In this document: piece by piece, positions 46,477-57,200 of the stretch
How positions within the stretch are numbered: the stretch's first letter is position 1
Layout of the letters: each line of letters begins with the position of its first letter
NCBI GenBank assembly: GCA_963735805.1
Contig: CAVTMK010000002.1
Coordinates: forward strand, 128,001 to 192,000
DNA length: 64,000 nucleotides
Source of the DNA: an uncultured Verrucomicrobiae bacterium
GTDB lineage: Bacteria; Verrucomicrobiota; Verrucomicrobiia; Chthoniobacterales; UBA10450
Direction of reading: 5' to 3'
Made by a program: the position numbers and the translations under genes
Notes under the pieces: generated by a model
What the model was told of the DNA's origin: nothing
What the model saw: the letters and a program-made list of their open reading frames with translations, nothing else
Database searches by the model: none

Positions 46477-47820
46477 ATGAAATTTGCCAGAACTTGTATT
46501 GCTCTAGCCACAGTCGTCTTGATCAATAGCGCGATGAAACCGCAGTCGGCGACAGGGACTACTACTGCTGACGCGACGCCGCAGCCTAACCAGTCAGAAA
46601 TTGGTTCGGCTAACCGGCTCTTTCAAGCGGGGAAGTTTGCTGAGGCCGGCAAGCTTTATTCGCAAATCGTTACTCAAAATCCCAAGGATTATTCGGCAAC
46701 CTTGCAGCTTGGTCGGATTGGATTGCTTTCCAATCATCTTGATGACGCGCAGAAATGGTTGGAAAAGGCCATAGCCCTGAAGCCAAGTGAGGTCGATCCA
46801 AAGGTGATGCTGGCCGAGGCGTTTTATCGACGGGACGATTTCCAAAAGGCAGTGGCTGCGTTGAACGGCGTCGACGTGAGCAATAACAAGCTGGTTACTG
46901 AGCAGTATCCGACACTGAATGCTGCGATGTTTGAGAGCTTCAAGGGCCAGACTCCATACGAATTACATGGGAACGGGACAATTACGCGTCTGAAGTTCGT
47001 GAGGACCGAGCCGTTGCCGGTGGTCAACGTGCGCGTAAACGGCGGCAAGGAAGTCACCTTCTTCATTGATACCGGCGGGTCGGAGGTTACGCTCGACACC
47101 GAGTTCGCAAAGGAGCTTGGCGTCCCTCAATTCGCTTCGGTTCGAGGCACCTTTTCCGGCGGGCAACACACCGAGGTTCAGCTTGGGCGGATTGAGTCAC
47201 TCACAGTCGGCGATTGGACAGTCAAAAATCTGCCTATAGCAATGCTTCCTCTGCGCCAACTTTCCGAAGGGTTGGGCGTGAAACAGATCAACGGAATCAT
47301 TGGGACCACTCTGTTTTACCATTTCCTGACGACCATGGATTATCCGCACGGCGAGCTTGTCCTGCGCCGGAAGGACGCCAGGAGTTTGGAAGAGTTTAAG
47401 GCAAGGTCTTCAGGCAAGAGAACCGTCGTTCCGATTTGGATGGCCAGCGATCATTTTATGGTGGGCTGGGGTCGCGTAGAAACGCTCCCACCAACGCTCC
47501 TGTTCGTTGACTCAGGGTTAGTGGGCGCGGGTGTTAAACTCGCGGAGTCAGTTATCAAGGAAGCCGGAATCAAGCTTCAGGAAAACAAAGCCACCGAAGG
47601 AGCCGGTGGCGGCGGGAAGCTGAAAATTGTGCCATACACCGTGCATCAACTTTCATTCGGAGACATAAGGGAAGAGAACGTTCCGGGTCTCTACGATGGA
47701 CCATTCCCGTGGGAAAACATGTTTGGCTTTCATCTTGCGGGCATGATCGGTCACGATTTCCTCAAACCCTACGCGGTGACCTTCGATTTTCAGAACATGC
47801 AGACTTTTCTGCAACGCTGA
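46477..47820 (+). CDS. Secreted TPR plus double retropepsin-like aspartyl protease
   Basis: N-terminal TPRs; FIDTG...GIIG and FVDSG...GMIG.DFL motifs. Confidence 0.85.
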   Translation: MKFARTCIALATVVLINSAMKPQSATGTTTADATPQPNQSEIGSANRLFQAGKFAEAGKLYSQIVTQNPKDYSATLQLGRIGLLSNHLDDAQKWLEKAIALKPSEVDPKVMLAEAFYRRDDFQKAVAALNGVDVSNNKLVTEQYPTLNAAMFESFKGQTPYELHGNGTITRLKFVRTEPLPVVNVRVNGGKEVTFFIDTGGSEVTLDTEFAKELGVPQFASVRGTFSGGQHTEVQLGRIESLTVGDWTVKNLPIAMLPLRQLSEGLGVKQINGIIGTTLFYHFLTTMDYPHGELVLRRKDARSLEEFKARSSGKRTVVPIWMASDHFMVGWGRVETLPPTLLFVDSGLVGAGVKLAESVIKEAGIKLQENKATEGAGGGGKLKIVPYTVHQLSFGDIREENVPGLYDGPFPWENMFGFHLAGMIGHDFLKPYAVTFDFQNMQTFLQR

Positions 47821-47888
47821 TGCCGCGGTCGACGCCAGCTTCTACAGCTACCCTTAGCCTCGATATGGCTTTAGCTATTAGTAACGTC

Positions 47889-48818
47889 ATGCATCTCGCT
47901 GGTCGAGCCTTGTTACTTGTTACTCTTGGTACCGGACTCCAAACGGTAGCCGCGGATCTTAAAGGAAACGGGGACTGCGGCCGGCTGGTCGACATCGGCG
48001 GTGGGCGCAAGATGTATCTGAAGTGTAACGGTGCGGGATCGCCCATTGTTGTGTTGGTAAGTGGCCTCAGAGCTTCCGCCGATGATTGGAGCATTGCGGA
48101 TACCGCACCTGATGTGTTCACTGAAGTTAGCAAGTTCACCCGGGTCTGTGCGTACGATCGCCCCGGGACACCGGTTGGTGAGAAGCCGAGCCGTAGCGAT
48201 TCGGTGCCGCAGCCGACCACAGCGAAGGATGCAGTTGCCGATTTGCATGGCCTGCTAAGTGCTAGCGGCGAGACGAGGCCTTATGTACTCGTCGGACATT
48301 CTTATGGCGGTTTAATTGTCAGGCTCTACGCGAGCACCTACCCGAAAGACGTAGCCGGTCTCATCCTTGTCGACGCGCTTACCGAAGGGCTTCAGGATGC
48401 AGAGACATCCGAACAATGGGTGATACAACGCAAGTTGATTGAAGGTGATGTGAGCGAAAGTGTGGCGCTGTATCCAGCTCTGGAAAGGATCGACACGGAC
48501 CGCAGCTTCGATCAGGTCCGCGCTGCTACGCCACTGCGTTCGATGCCTCTCGTGGTATTATCTGCGGATCGACTCTGGGGACCTCAGGTGCCGTCAATGA
48601 TTAAGCAAGGCAAGCTAGCGAAAGATGTTCCACCGGACTCCGGTTACATCACCGATGCAGCGCAGAAGAAGGCACAGGAACAGTTGGCCAAGCTTGTGCC
48701 GAACGCAAAGCACATCACCAAAACGAATAGCGGTCACGAGATACACAAGGAGCAGCCTCAACTTGTGACCGACGCGATCCGCGAGGTTGTCGAGGCGGTG
48801 CGCGGGAAGCGGGACTAG
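47889..48818 (+). CDS. Alpha/beta hydrolase
   Basis: YDRPG, VGHSYGG (GxSxG) and SGH.IH motifs. Confidence 0.88.
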   Translation: MHLAGRALLLVTLGTGLQTVAADLKGNGDCGRLVDIGGGRKMYLKCNGAGSPIVVLVSGLRASADDWSIADTAPDVFTEVSKFTRVCAYDRPGTPVGEKPSRSDSVPQPTTAKDAVADLHGLLSASGETRPYVLVGHSYGGLIVRLYASTYPKDVAGLILVDALTEGLQDAETSEQWVIQRKLIEGDVSESVALYPALERIDTDRSFDQVRAATPLRSMPLVVLSADRLWGPQVPSMIKQGKLAKDVPPDSGYITDAAQKKAQEQLAKLVPNAKHITKTNSGHEIHKEQPQLVTDAIREVVEAVRGKRD

Positions 48819-48884
48819 AAATGCCGAAGTCGGTGCCAGCGGCTACTGCAGAAACCGGCGGCGATCCTTCAAGCGCGTTCCACA

Positions 48885-49739
48885 TTACAGGTAAGGCGCG
48901 TTAAACGTGTCGCCCTGGCTAAGATCGCCGGTCTCGTAACCGCGGCGAAACCAACGCGCGCGTTGTTCGGAGTTGCCGTGTGTAAATGAATCGGGCACAA
49001 CGTAACCGCGCGATCTGTATTGGAGTCTGTCGTCGCCAACCGCGCTGGCCGCGCGCATCGCTTCTTCGACATCGCCGGCTTCAACGACGCCCTTGACCCT
49101 GTCGGCATAACGCGCCCAAACGCCGGCCAGAAAATCGGCCTGCAACTCGAGCCGGACAGAGAGTCGGTTGTATTCAGATTCACTGACCCGACCGCGCATT
49201 GCCTGCACACGATCGGTAATACCGAGCAGATTCTGTACGTGATGGCCAACTTCGTGGGCTATCACGTAAGCCTGCGCGAAATCGCCTCCGGCGCCCAGGC
49301 GTTCCTGCAGTAAACGGTAAAAACCGAGATCGATGTAAACGCGTCGATCTTGCGGGCAATAAAACGGACCGCTCGCGCCACTGGCAAACCCGCAGCCCGA
49401 GCGAATCTGGTCGGTGAAGAGCACGAGCTTCGGTTCCTGATATTCCCGGCCCATTTGCTGGAATATCGCGTTCCAGGCGTCTTCGGTATCGGCAAGAACG
49501 ACAGCGACGAATTTCGACGCTCCATCCTGGATCCCCTGGCTGTCGATCTGCGCAGGTTGCGATAATTGTGCTCCCGGTTGCGAATTAAAGAGCTCCTGAG
49601 GATCGCCTCCGAGCAGTAGATAAATAATTACGAGAACGACGGTGCCAATTCCGCCGCCCACAACAAGGCGTCGGCCGCCTCCGCCGGATCCGCGAGCATC
49701 TTCGACGTTCTCGCTTTCTCGTCTTCCCTGCCAGAGCAT
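48885..49739 (-). CDS. Neutral zinc metallopeptidase, YpfJ family
   Basis: S.NVED.RG, GPFYCP, AHEVGHHVQ, ELQAD and FTHG motifs. Confidence 0.92.
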   Translation of the reverse strand: MLWQGRRESENVEDARGSGGGGRRLVVGGGIGTVVLVIIYLLLGGDPQELFNSQPGAQLSQPAQIDSQGIQDGASKFVAVVLADTEDAWNAIFQQMGREYQEPKLVLFTDQIRSGCGFASGASGPFYCPQDRRVYIDLGFYRLLQERLGAGGDFAQAYVIAHEVGHHVQNLLGITDRVQAMRGRVSESEYNRLSVRLELQADFLAGVWARYADRVKGVVEAGDVEEAMRAASAVGDDRLQYRSRGYVVPDSFTHGNSEQRARWFRRGYETGDLSQGDTFNAPYL

Positions 49740-49809
49740 TTCTTGCGTATCGTGGCGCGATACACCGGCGTTTACAATCTCAGAGTGACGCCGCAGCCAA
49801 CGGCAGCGG

Positions 49810-50739
49810 CTACAGGTTTTTGCGGTTGGCGTTAGCTAATAATGGACAGTCCGGCGGAGCAATCAGGCGAATCGCTCCTGGTACTGCTTCATATCGAACG
49901 TTTGAAAACTGCATCGGCTCGCCATCGAGATTGACTGGAATCGTTTCTTCGGGGTGGACTTCAACCCACGGCGTTTGCCAGTAGGAGATGTATTCGCCAT
50001 CCGGTGAAAGCTCCTGTAACTCTCGCGCGGCGGTGAGTAGCGCCATCGCCGGAATCTGGCGAACAACAAGAACATCGAGCAAGCCGTCATCAATGCGTGC
50101 GCGTGGAGCGACCTGGACGCCGCCGCCAGTCTGACGCCCGTTACCGACGATTGCCACGGGACCCCTGCCAATGATTTCGCGATTCGGTAGGGTTAATTTT
50201 CCGTGATAATGATGAACGTTCATCGCTAGAATTGTACCCATCACAGCGTACGCGGCGGGGCCAAGCAGTCGTTTGAGTTCAGGCGGAGTGTTCGCGGTCA
50301 CCGCAGCACCGAAGCCAACGCTGGCTGCGTTGAGGAACCAGTGCTCGTTTGCTTTACCAATGTCGATTGGTACAGACCGGCCTTCCAGACAGAGCGCCAG
50401 CGCCTCCTCCGGGTCACGCGGAATGCCGCACCCCGTGGCGAAGTCATTCGCTGTTCCCAGAGGGATCACTCCCAAAGCGGGCCGCGCAGCCCTGGAGAGA
50501 TCCATTAAACCGTGAACTACTTCGTTCAATGTACCGTCTCCACCGGCGGCAATCAGCAAATCCGCTTCGCCTGCTTCCGCCGCAAACCGCTTCGCGTCTC
50601 CCTTTTCTCGAGTCGCTCGCACCTTGATGCGATGGCCGGCTGCCCGCTGCTGCGCAATTGCGTTACGAAGCGCGTCATCGGTTGCCGCTTTACCATTGAG
50701 AATCAGTTGAACTTTTCTGTTTCTCGCCTTGGTAGCCAT
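49810..50739 (-). CDS. Lipid kinase, YegS/DAGK family
   Basis: GGDGT, PLGTANDFA, GNGRQ.GGG and NLDGE motifs. Confidence 0.92.
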   Translation of the reverse strand: MATKARNRKVQLILNGKAATDDALRNAIAQQRAAGHRIKVRATREKGDAKRFAAEAGEADLLIAAGGDGTLNEVVHGLMDLSRAARPALGVIPLGTANDFATGCGIPRDPEEALALCLEGRSVPIDIGKANEHWFLNAASVGFGAAVTANTPPELKRLLGPAAYAVMGTILAMNVHHYHGKLTLPNREIIGRGPVAIVGNGRQTGGGVQVAPRARIDDGLLDVLVVRQIPAMALLTAARELQELSPDGEYISYWQTPWVEVHPEETIPVNLDGEPMQFSNVRYEAVPGAIRLIAPPDCPLLANANRKNL

Positions 50740-50928
50740 TTCGTGGTCCGAATCGCTGATCTCTTATCGTGCACTAGAAGAAATGTAGCCGTGGGACGCG
50801 AGAATTGCAGGCCACACCCGCATCCACAGGAGTGAAGCTAATCAGCGACGGAGACTACCGTTGTTCAAGAGTCTTGCTCTAAAAAGGTCTCGCACGATTA
50901 CATCGACAAGAGCACGATACGAAGACCT

Positions 50929-51078
50929 ATGAACTACAACCTCACAACAATCCTCGCTGCCATCGCGATTCTTTTCGTCCTGCTAACCTACATCACCGGC
51001 GCGCCGCTAGTGCCGGTGGCAGTCATTCTGCTTGGGCTGGCGATCATTTTCGGCGGGAGCACATTCCGCCGGGTCTAG
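50929..51078 (+). CDS. 49-aa small membrane protein (below ORF-track cutoff)
   Basis: MNYNLTTILAAIAILFVLLTYITGAPLVPVAVILLGLAIIFGGSTFRRV*; two hydrophobic helices. Confidence 0.6.
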   Translation: MNYNLTTILAAIAILFVLLTYITGAPLVPVAVILLGLAIIFGGSTFRRV

Positions 51079-51124
51079 TTTATAGTAGGATAGAAATTGG
51101 GTCGCATCATTTGCGCGGATGTAG

Positions 51125-51763
51125 TTGATTCATTTCCAGGTGCGTAAGAAAAATCCCGATATTCACGCTCGTTCCCGAGTGTTGGTGCTGGTGGATGAAT
51201 CGAACGTCGGCAGTTCTGTGCGGACTGCGGGACGCGGGCTCGATTGGCTAAAGTTGCGGGAGTTTCTGGCCGGGCCAAACACGGAACGCGATCTGATCGA
51301 GATGGTGGTCTATGCCGGATTGCCGCCTGCCATCCCGACGTGGCAGGACGAGCGGGACAGAAAAAACAAGTTCGTACATTGGCTGCGTTCCAACGGATTC
51401 ATGGTCGTAACAAAAGATGGGGCTCCCGCCGAGGAAGGTCATTATAAGGCGAACGTGGATGTGATGATGGCGATCGACGCGCTGGAGCTTTCCATGGAGA
51501 TGCGGCCTGATGTGGTGATTCTCGTAACCGGTGACGCCGATTTTGCGTATCTCGCCGTCAAACTGCGCCGACACGGGATCCGCGTGGAAGTCGCGTCGGT
51601 TGCCGCAAATCTGGGGAACATGTTGAAATCAGCCGCAAATCACGTGATCGATCTGGCGCCGCTGTTTCGCACGTTCGAAATAAAAGTTCCGGATGCGCCG
51701 ACGCCGACGTCGGATCAAACACAACCGCAGCGCAGGCGTCGCCCCGGGTTTCGCCCGATTTGA
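51125..51763 (+). CDS. NYN (LabA/DUF88) domain protein
   Basis: LVDESN, K.NVDV.MAID and TGD.DF motifs. Confidence 0.85.
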   Translation: MIHFQVRKKNPDIHARSRVLVLVDESNVGSSVRTAGRGLDWLKLREFLAGPNTERDLIEMVVYAGLPPAIPTWQDERDRKNKFVHWLRSNGFMVVTKDGAPAEEGHYKANVDVMMAIDALELSMEMRPDVVILVTGDADFAYLAVKLRRHGIRVEVASVAANLGNMLKSAANHVIDLAPLFRTFEIKVPDAPTPTSDQTQPQRRRRPGFRPI

Positions 51764-51838
51764 AATTCGAGTTTTGCATCCCGTCCTCGTGGAAACTAGA
51801 CGTGACGACACGGCGCGAATACGTGAGTCTTAGAACTT

Positions 51839-51943
51839 ATGGGACACAACAAAGGCAGAGACAACGTTAACAAACGCGCAAGGCGCCGTAAAAAGACTGA
51901 GCGCCTCGCCCTCGCGAAGAAGAAGACGAAGAAGTCGAAATAA
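51839..51943 (+). CDS. 34-aa highly basic peptide (below ORF-track cutoff)
   Basis: MGHNKGRDNVNKRARRRKKTERLALAKKKTKKSK*. Confidence 0.55.
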   Translation: MGHNKGRDNVNKRARRRKKTERLALAKKKTKKSK

Positions 51944-52129
51944 GACCGGTGGCGCTTTAGCGCGGCAGGCGGCGATTCTGCCGTTAACAGAGTTGCTAAT
52001 AAACTGGCGACGAAGGTTGCAGATCGGGGCGCAGGCAACGGCAGCGGCTACAACGGAAGCTGTGGCGACGCTCCTGCGGAGCGCTCGGCCATCAGTTGCC
52101 TGTCATTACTCTCCGAGTTAGAGCATCCG

Positions 52130-52483
52130 GTGCGTCGTAAGCGGCATCGATCGGCCGAGCGGGAACTCCACCATAACGTTTATGTTGTTCTACTTTCCAA
52201 AGCTGCGCTGAAAGATTTGTCGATCTTGCGGCGCAATCCGGAGCGCGATGCATCCAAACCAGCCGTTTACGTTGGAATGACCGGATTGCCAGTGGATCAT
52301 CGATTTGAAAATCACAAGAACGGATACAAATCAGCCCGGCTGGTCAGGAAATATGGTGTTCGATTGTTGCCGGAGCTGTTTGAGCATTTGAACCCGATGC
52401 CGTACGAACATGCGGTTCAAATGGAGAAAGACCTGGCCGACGATCTTCGCGCTCAAGGTTACGCCGTTTGCGGTGGAACCTAA
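52130..52483 (+). CDS. GIY-YIG-like protein
   Basis: VYVV...VYVGMTG...RF.NH..G...A..ME..L pattern. Confidence 0.75.
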   Translation: MRRKRHRSAERELHHNVYVVLLSKAALKDLSILRRNPERDASKPAVYVGMTGLPVDHRFENHKNGYKSARLVRKYGVRLLPELFEHLNPMPYEHAVQMEKDLADDLRAQGYAVCGGT

Positions 52484-52517
52484 TTACGAGTTTCCCGGCC
52501 GCGGTCAGCGACCGCGG

Positions 52518-53174
52518 CTACAGTTCTTTGCGAATAAGTTGGGGTAATTCTTTCAAGCTGCCGAGGACGTAGTCCGCTTCTTTTTCATACTCAGCGGGAT
52601 CGACGAAACGCCGGTCGGGGATCGCAGCGACGCGCATCTTTGCCGCCCTGGCCGCTGCGACACCGGGAAGCGCGTCTTCAACCACAAGGCATTTTTCAGG
52701 AGGAATCCGGAGCTTCTTAGCCGCGTCGAGGTAGATGTCCGGCGCCGGTTTGCCGTGTTCGACTTCTTCGCCTGTAACAATGACCTCGAAGAATCCGGTC
52801 AGTTGGTGTCGATCCAAGAATGGTCGAGCTGACGCGCCGACCGAGCTTGTGGCCACGGCGAGATGTAGTTTCATTCGCCGCAGTTCTTTCAATACTTCTT
52901 TTACGTTGGCAAAGAGGCCGACCCGATCGGCAAAGAACTCCGTCGCGATCTCACCGCGACGCCGCATCATTTCCTCGGTGGGCGCAGAGAGGCCAAACGC
53001 TTTTTTGTAAAACTCGACCGCGAGCCGGTAGTTCACTCCGACCACGTTCTGGTGATATTCGCCACGGTACGCCACGCCGTACCCGGCAAGCAGTTTCGCA
53101 TCGATTTCGTTCCACCACGTCTCCGAGTCTGCGAGCACGCCGTCGAGATCGAAGATTATTGCGGATACCATCAC
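52518..53174 (-). CDS. HAD-family phosphatase
   Basis: FDLDGVL.DSE, ATSS, KPAPD and VEDA motifs. Confidence 0.9.
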   Translation of the reverse strand: MMVSAIIFDLDGVLADSETWWNEIDAKLLAGYGVAYRGEYHQNVVGVNYRLAVEFYKKAFGLSAPTEEMMRRRGEIATEFFADRVGLFANVKEVLKELRRMKLHLAVATSSVGASARPFLDRHQLTGFFEVIVTGEEVEHGKPAPDIYLDAAKKLRIPPEKCLVVEDALPGVAAARAAKMRVAAIPDRRFVDPAEYEKEADYVLGSLKELPQLIRKEL

Positions 53175-53256
53175 AGAAATTGAGAGGTTGGCGCGCGCTG
53201 ATGCGCGCGGTTAACTCGTCACTTGCTATTCGTTGACGGTTCGAAGCCGTGCAACT

Positions 53257-54126
53257 TTACAGACTTTGCAGTAGCTGGGTAAGGTCGTGGCGGAAACCGG
53301 TTTCAGAACCGTTGTAGCCAATGTGCGTTAAACGCACATTCCCCGCGCGGTCGATCACCATCAGGCTGGGAAAACCGCTCAAACCAAGTGCGTGCATCGT
53401 TCTCTGATCAGGATCAAACGCGACCGGCAGAGAAATGTGGCGACGCCGCACAAATGCTCGCACCCGCTCGGTCGTATCGCCGCCTTTGTTCGTACCGACG
53501 AGCACGAATTCAATGTCGCGATTACTTTGTAGATCGTCGTGAATGCGCTCCAGTTCCGGCAACTCTGCGATACATGGAGAACACCAGGTCGCAAAAAAAT
53601 CGAGCACGAGAATTTTGCCCGGTGTCGCACTGGTTGGCACTGAACCCTGGCTAATCGGTTGCAAAGTGAACGGCGGCGCGGCGCCGTTGCTCACACGCGT
53701 CAACGCTCGCTGCATTTCCACCGGAATGTAGAAAACACAATACCAGGCTGAGACAGCGACTAATATTAAAGCGCCACCAATTCTGATTGCGTTGCCGAAT
53801 CGATTCCGGAATACGAGCAAGGTAACAATCGCCGCCCACAATAGAAGAGTTGGCCAGAGCATCGGTGTTTGCGTCAGGACGAAGAACGCGAACAAAAACG
53901 TCGAAGCGAAAAGAAGCAAAACAGCGGCGATCCAATCTTCCCGCGTTTTCGCCCCCGGTACAAATGCGGCAACAGCAAACAGTAACGCGCCGCTAAGGTA
54001 AAGGAGACGAAGATCGTCCGAGATTACGAGCGCGATGCCAAATACAACCGCGGCGATAATAATACCAATCCCGAATGCAACGAGTCGGATCTTCCAGTTC
54101 GCGCGATGTGCGGGCATTGAATCCAT
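53257..54126 (-). CDS. Membrane-bound TlpA-like thiol-disulfide oxidoreductase
   Basis: Several TM segments, then FATWCSPC..ELP and G.P...VID..G. Confidence 0.88.
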   Translation of the reverse strand: MDSMPAHRANWKIRLVAFGIGIIIAAVVFGIALVISDDLRLLYLSGALLFAVAAFVPGAKTREDWIAAVLLLFASTFLFAFFVLTQTPMLWPTLLLWAAIVTLLVFRNRFGNAIRIGGALILVAVSAWYCVFYIPVEMQRALTRVSNGAAPPFTLQPISQGSVPTSATPGKILVLDFFATWCSPCIAELPELERIHDDLQSNRDIEFVLVGTNKGGDTTERVRAFVRRRHISLPVAFDPDQRTMHALGLSGFPSLMVIDRAGNVRLTHIGYNGSETGFRHDLTQLLQSL

Positions 54127-54231
54127 ATAGTTCCCTTTTCCGATTTGATGCGGCTGCGCCTCGGTCTGGATTCACGCAAAACATGGAGAGCTTGTTGCGG
54201 GTTCCTCCGTCGCAGAAGAGAGTGGCGGCTT

Positions 54232-57200
54232 ATGCGATCGCTTCGCAATGCAATCGTGATCGGATCCGCGATCTTTTTGGGACTTGGGCAGGCGCGCGCT
54301 GGAGAGTTCGATTCGATCTTGCGCTGGCGGAACATCGGACCGTACCGCGGCGGTCGGACACGAGCGATCGCGGGGGTCCCGTCGCAGCCCAATGTTTTCT
54401 ACATGGGGCCGGTGAACGGCGGCGTTTTCAAATCGATTGATTACGGCCGGACGTGGGAGCCGATCTTCGATGATCAGCCAACGGCGTCAGTCGGCGCGAT
54501 CGCTGTTTCGATCTCAAATCCGAACGTTGTTTACGTTGGCAGCGGCGAAGGATTGCATCGGCCAGATCTTTCGATCGGCGACGGCATTTATAAATCGACT
54601 GACGCTGGAAAGACGTGGACGCATCTCGGACTGCGCAACGGTCAGCAGATCGCGCAGCTAGCTGTCGATCCTAAAAACCCGGATCGCATCTTTGTGGCTG
54701 TAGCTGGTCATCCCTATGGGCCTAACGAAGAGCGCGGCATTTATCGATCGCTCGATGGCGGCAAAACGCTCGAAAAAGTTCTGTATCGTGATGAAAACGT
54801 CGGCGCCAGCGATGTGCTTATCGATCCGGACAATCCGCAAATTGTTTACGCCGGGTTGTGGGAATCGCGAGAAGGACCATGGGAAAACGGAGTGTTCAAC
54901 GGAGACGGCGGCGGCATTTTTAAATCCACAGACGGCGGCAAGACGTGGCGCCAATTAACCAAAGGGCTGCCGGCCCACATCGTCCAGGCGAACATCGCGA
55001 TTGCGCCAAGCACGCCGAAAACATTGTTCGCAGCGGTCCGGACAAAAACGGTCTCCAAACTTTATCGCTCGGACGATGCCGGCGAAACCTGGAGCGGGAC
55101 AACAGACGATCCGCGGCCGGGACTTGGAATCGGCGGTGGCGACCTTCCGGTGGTACGGTTCGATCCAAAAAATCCGCAGATCGTGTACTCGGCGAGCATC
55201 GTTTGTTGGAGATCGACAGACGGCGGTAAAACCTGGGACGGCTGGCGCGGCGCACCGGGCGGTGACGATTATCAAAACGTTTGGATCAATCCGAACAACT
55301 CAGACATTATTCTTCTCGGTGCGGACCAGGGCGCGATCGTCACCGTGAACGGCGGCAAGAGTTGGAGCTCGTGGTATAACCAGCCGACGGCGCAGTTGTA
55401 TCACGTCAGCGCGGACAATGCGTTTCCGTATCGGCTTTACAGCGGCCAACAGGAAAGCGGTTCGGTCGGAATCAAAAGCCGCGGCGACGAGGGCGAGATT
55501 ACGTTCCGCGACTGGCAGCCGGTTGCGGCCGAGGAATACGGTTACGTCGTTGCCGATCCGCTCGACGCGGAAATTATCATCGGCGGCAAGCTGACCCGAT
55601 TCGATCGCCGAACCGGTCAGGCGCAAAATATACTTCCCGTGCCGGTCCAAACAGAAGGCTTCCGGATGTTGCGAACCGAGCCGGTTGTCTATTCGCCGCT
55701 GGATCCGCATCTGCTCTTTTTTGCTGGAAACACGCTTTGGCAAACACCCGATCGCGGCGATCACTGGGAAAAGATCAGCCCGGATTTGTCGCGACCGAAT
55801 TGCGAGCTGCCTGTGAGCATTGGAAAATACAAGGAGGACGCGATGAAGCAGGTTCATCGGCGCGGCGTGATTTACACTGTTGCGCCGTCACCGCTCGACG
55901 CAAACCGGATCTGGTGCGGGACCGACGACGGTTTGATTCATCTGACGACCGACGCCGGAAAAACCTGGACCAACGTGACGCCTCCGAACATTTCCGCGTG
56001 GCAAAAAATTTCACTAATCGAAACCGGACATTTCGATTCGAACACCGCTTACGCGGCGGTCAACACCATGCGAATCGACGATCAGCGGCCGCACATTTTT
56101 GCGACGCACGATGGAGGAAAAACGTGGACCGAAATTGCGACTGGCGTACCCGCCGGCGAAATCGTTAACGCAATTCGTGAAGATCCCGAACGGAAAGGTC
56201 TCCTGTTCGCTGGAACCGAAAAGGGCGTTTATGTCTCGTTCGATGACGGAGCGAATTGGGAATCGTTGCGATTAAATCTGCCGGCGAGTTCCGTGCGGGA
56301 TCTAATTGTTAAAAACGACGATCTTATCGTGGCAACGCATGGTCGCGGGTTCTGGATCCTGGATAACATCACACCGCTGCGGCAATTCGCAGCTGAAGCC
56401 GGGGTCGCCGTCCCCGGTGAACGCGTCGCCTCGGGCACAGTTGCGGTCCGCGCCCGCGGCTACAACGAGAATCTGCTCTTTAAACCGCAGACCGCGTTGC
56501 GTATTCGCGCGAACCTGAACACGGACACGCCCTTGCCACCTGACGAACCGGCCGGAGAAAATCCGACAGACGGCGCGATGATCGATTATTTCCTTTCGAA
56601 GGATGCGACCGGTCCGGTAACCATCGAGATCAAAGACGGCAAAGGTCAATTAATTAGAAAATATTCCAGCACGGATGCGCTTGTAGAGGCGAATCCGCAG
56701 CGACTTAGAATTCCAAGGTACTGGATTCGCCCGCTGCAATCGGTTGCTACCAAATCAGGCATGCATCGGTTTCTGTGGGATATGCATTACACGCCCATCC
56801 CCGGTGTTGAACCAGAGTTTCCGATGCAAGCGACGTATGGCAACACGGCGCCAACTGCGACATCGCCATGGATATTGCCGGGGGATTACACGGTTGCGTT
56901 GACTGTTGACGACAAAACTTTCAACCAACCGTTGAACGTCACAATGGATCCACGGGTGAAAAGCTCGGCCGCCGATCTTCAGGAACAGTTCGATCTTTCG
57001 TGGCAGTTGTATCAGCTGCGCCTCAAGCTGGCGCCGATCGGCAAGAAGTTCGACGAAATCGCCGAGCAGTTAACGAAACTCAGAGCAAAGGCCGCGGAGC
57101 GACCTGACATCACACAAAAACTGGAGGCTTTTGCTCAAACCCTGATGAAGTTTGGGCCACCGCATCCGCGGCCAGGTGCTCCACCTTCCCTTTTCGTTTT

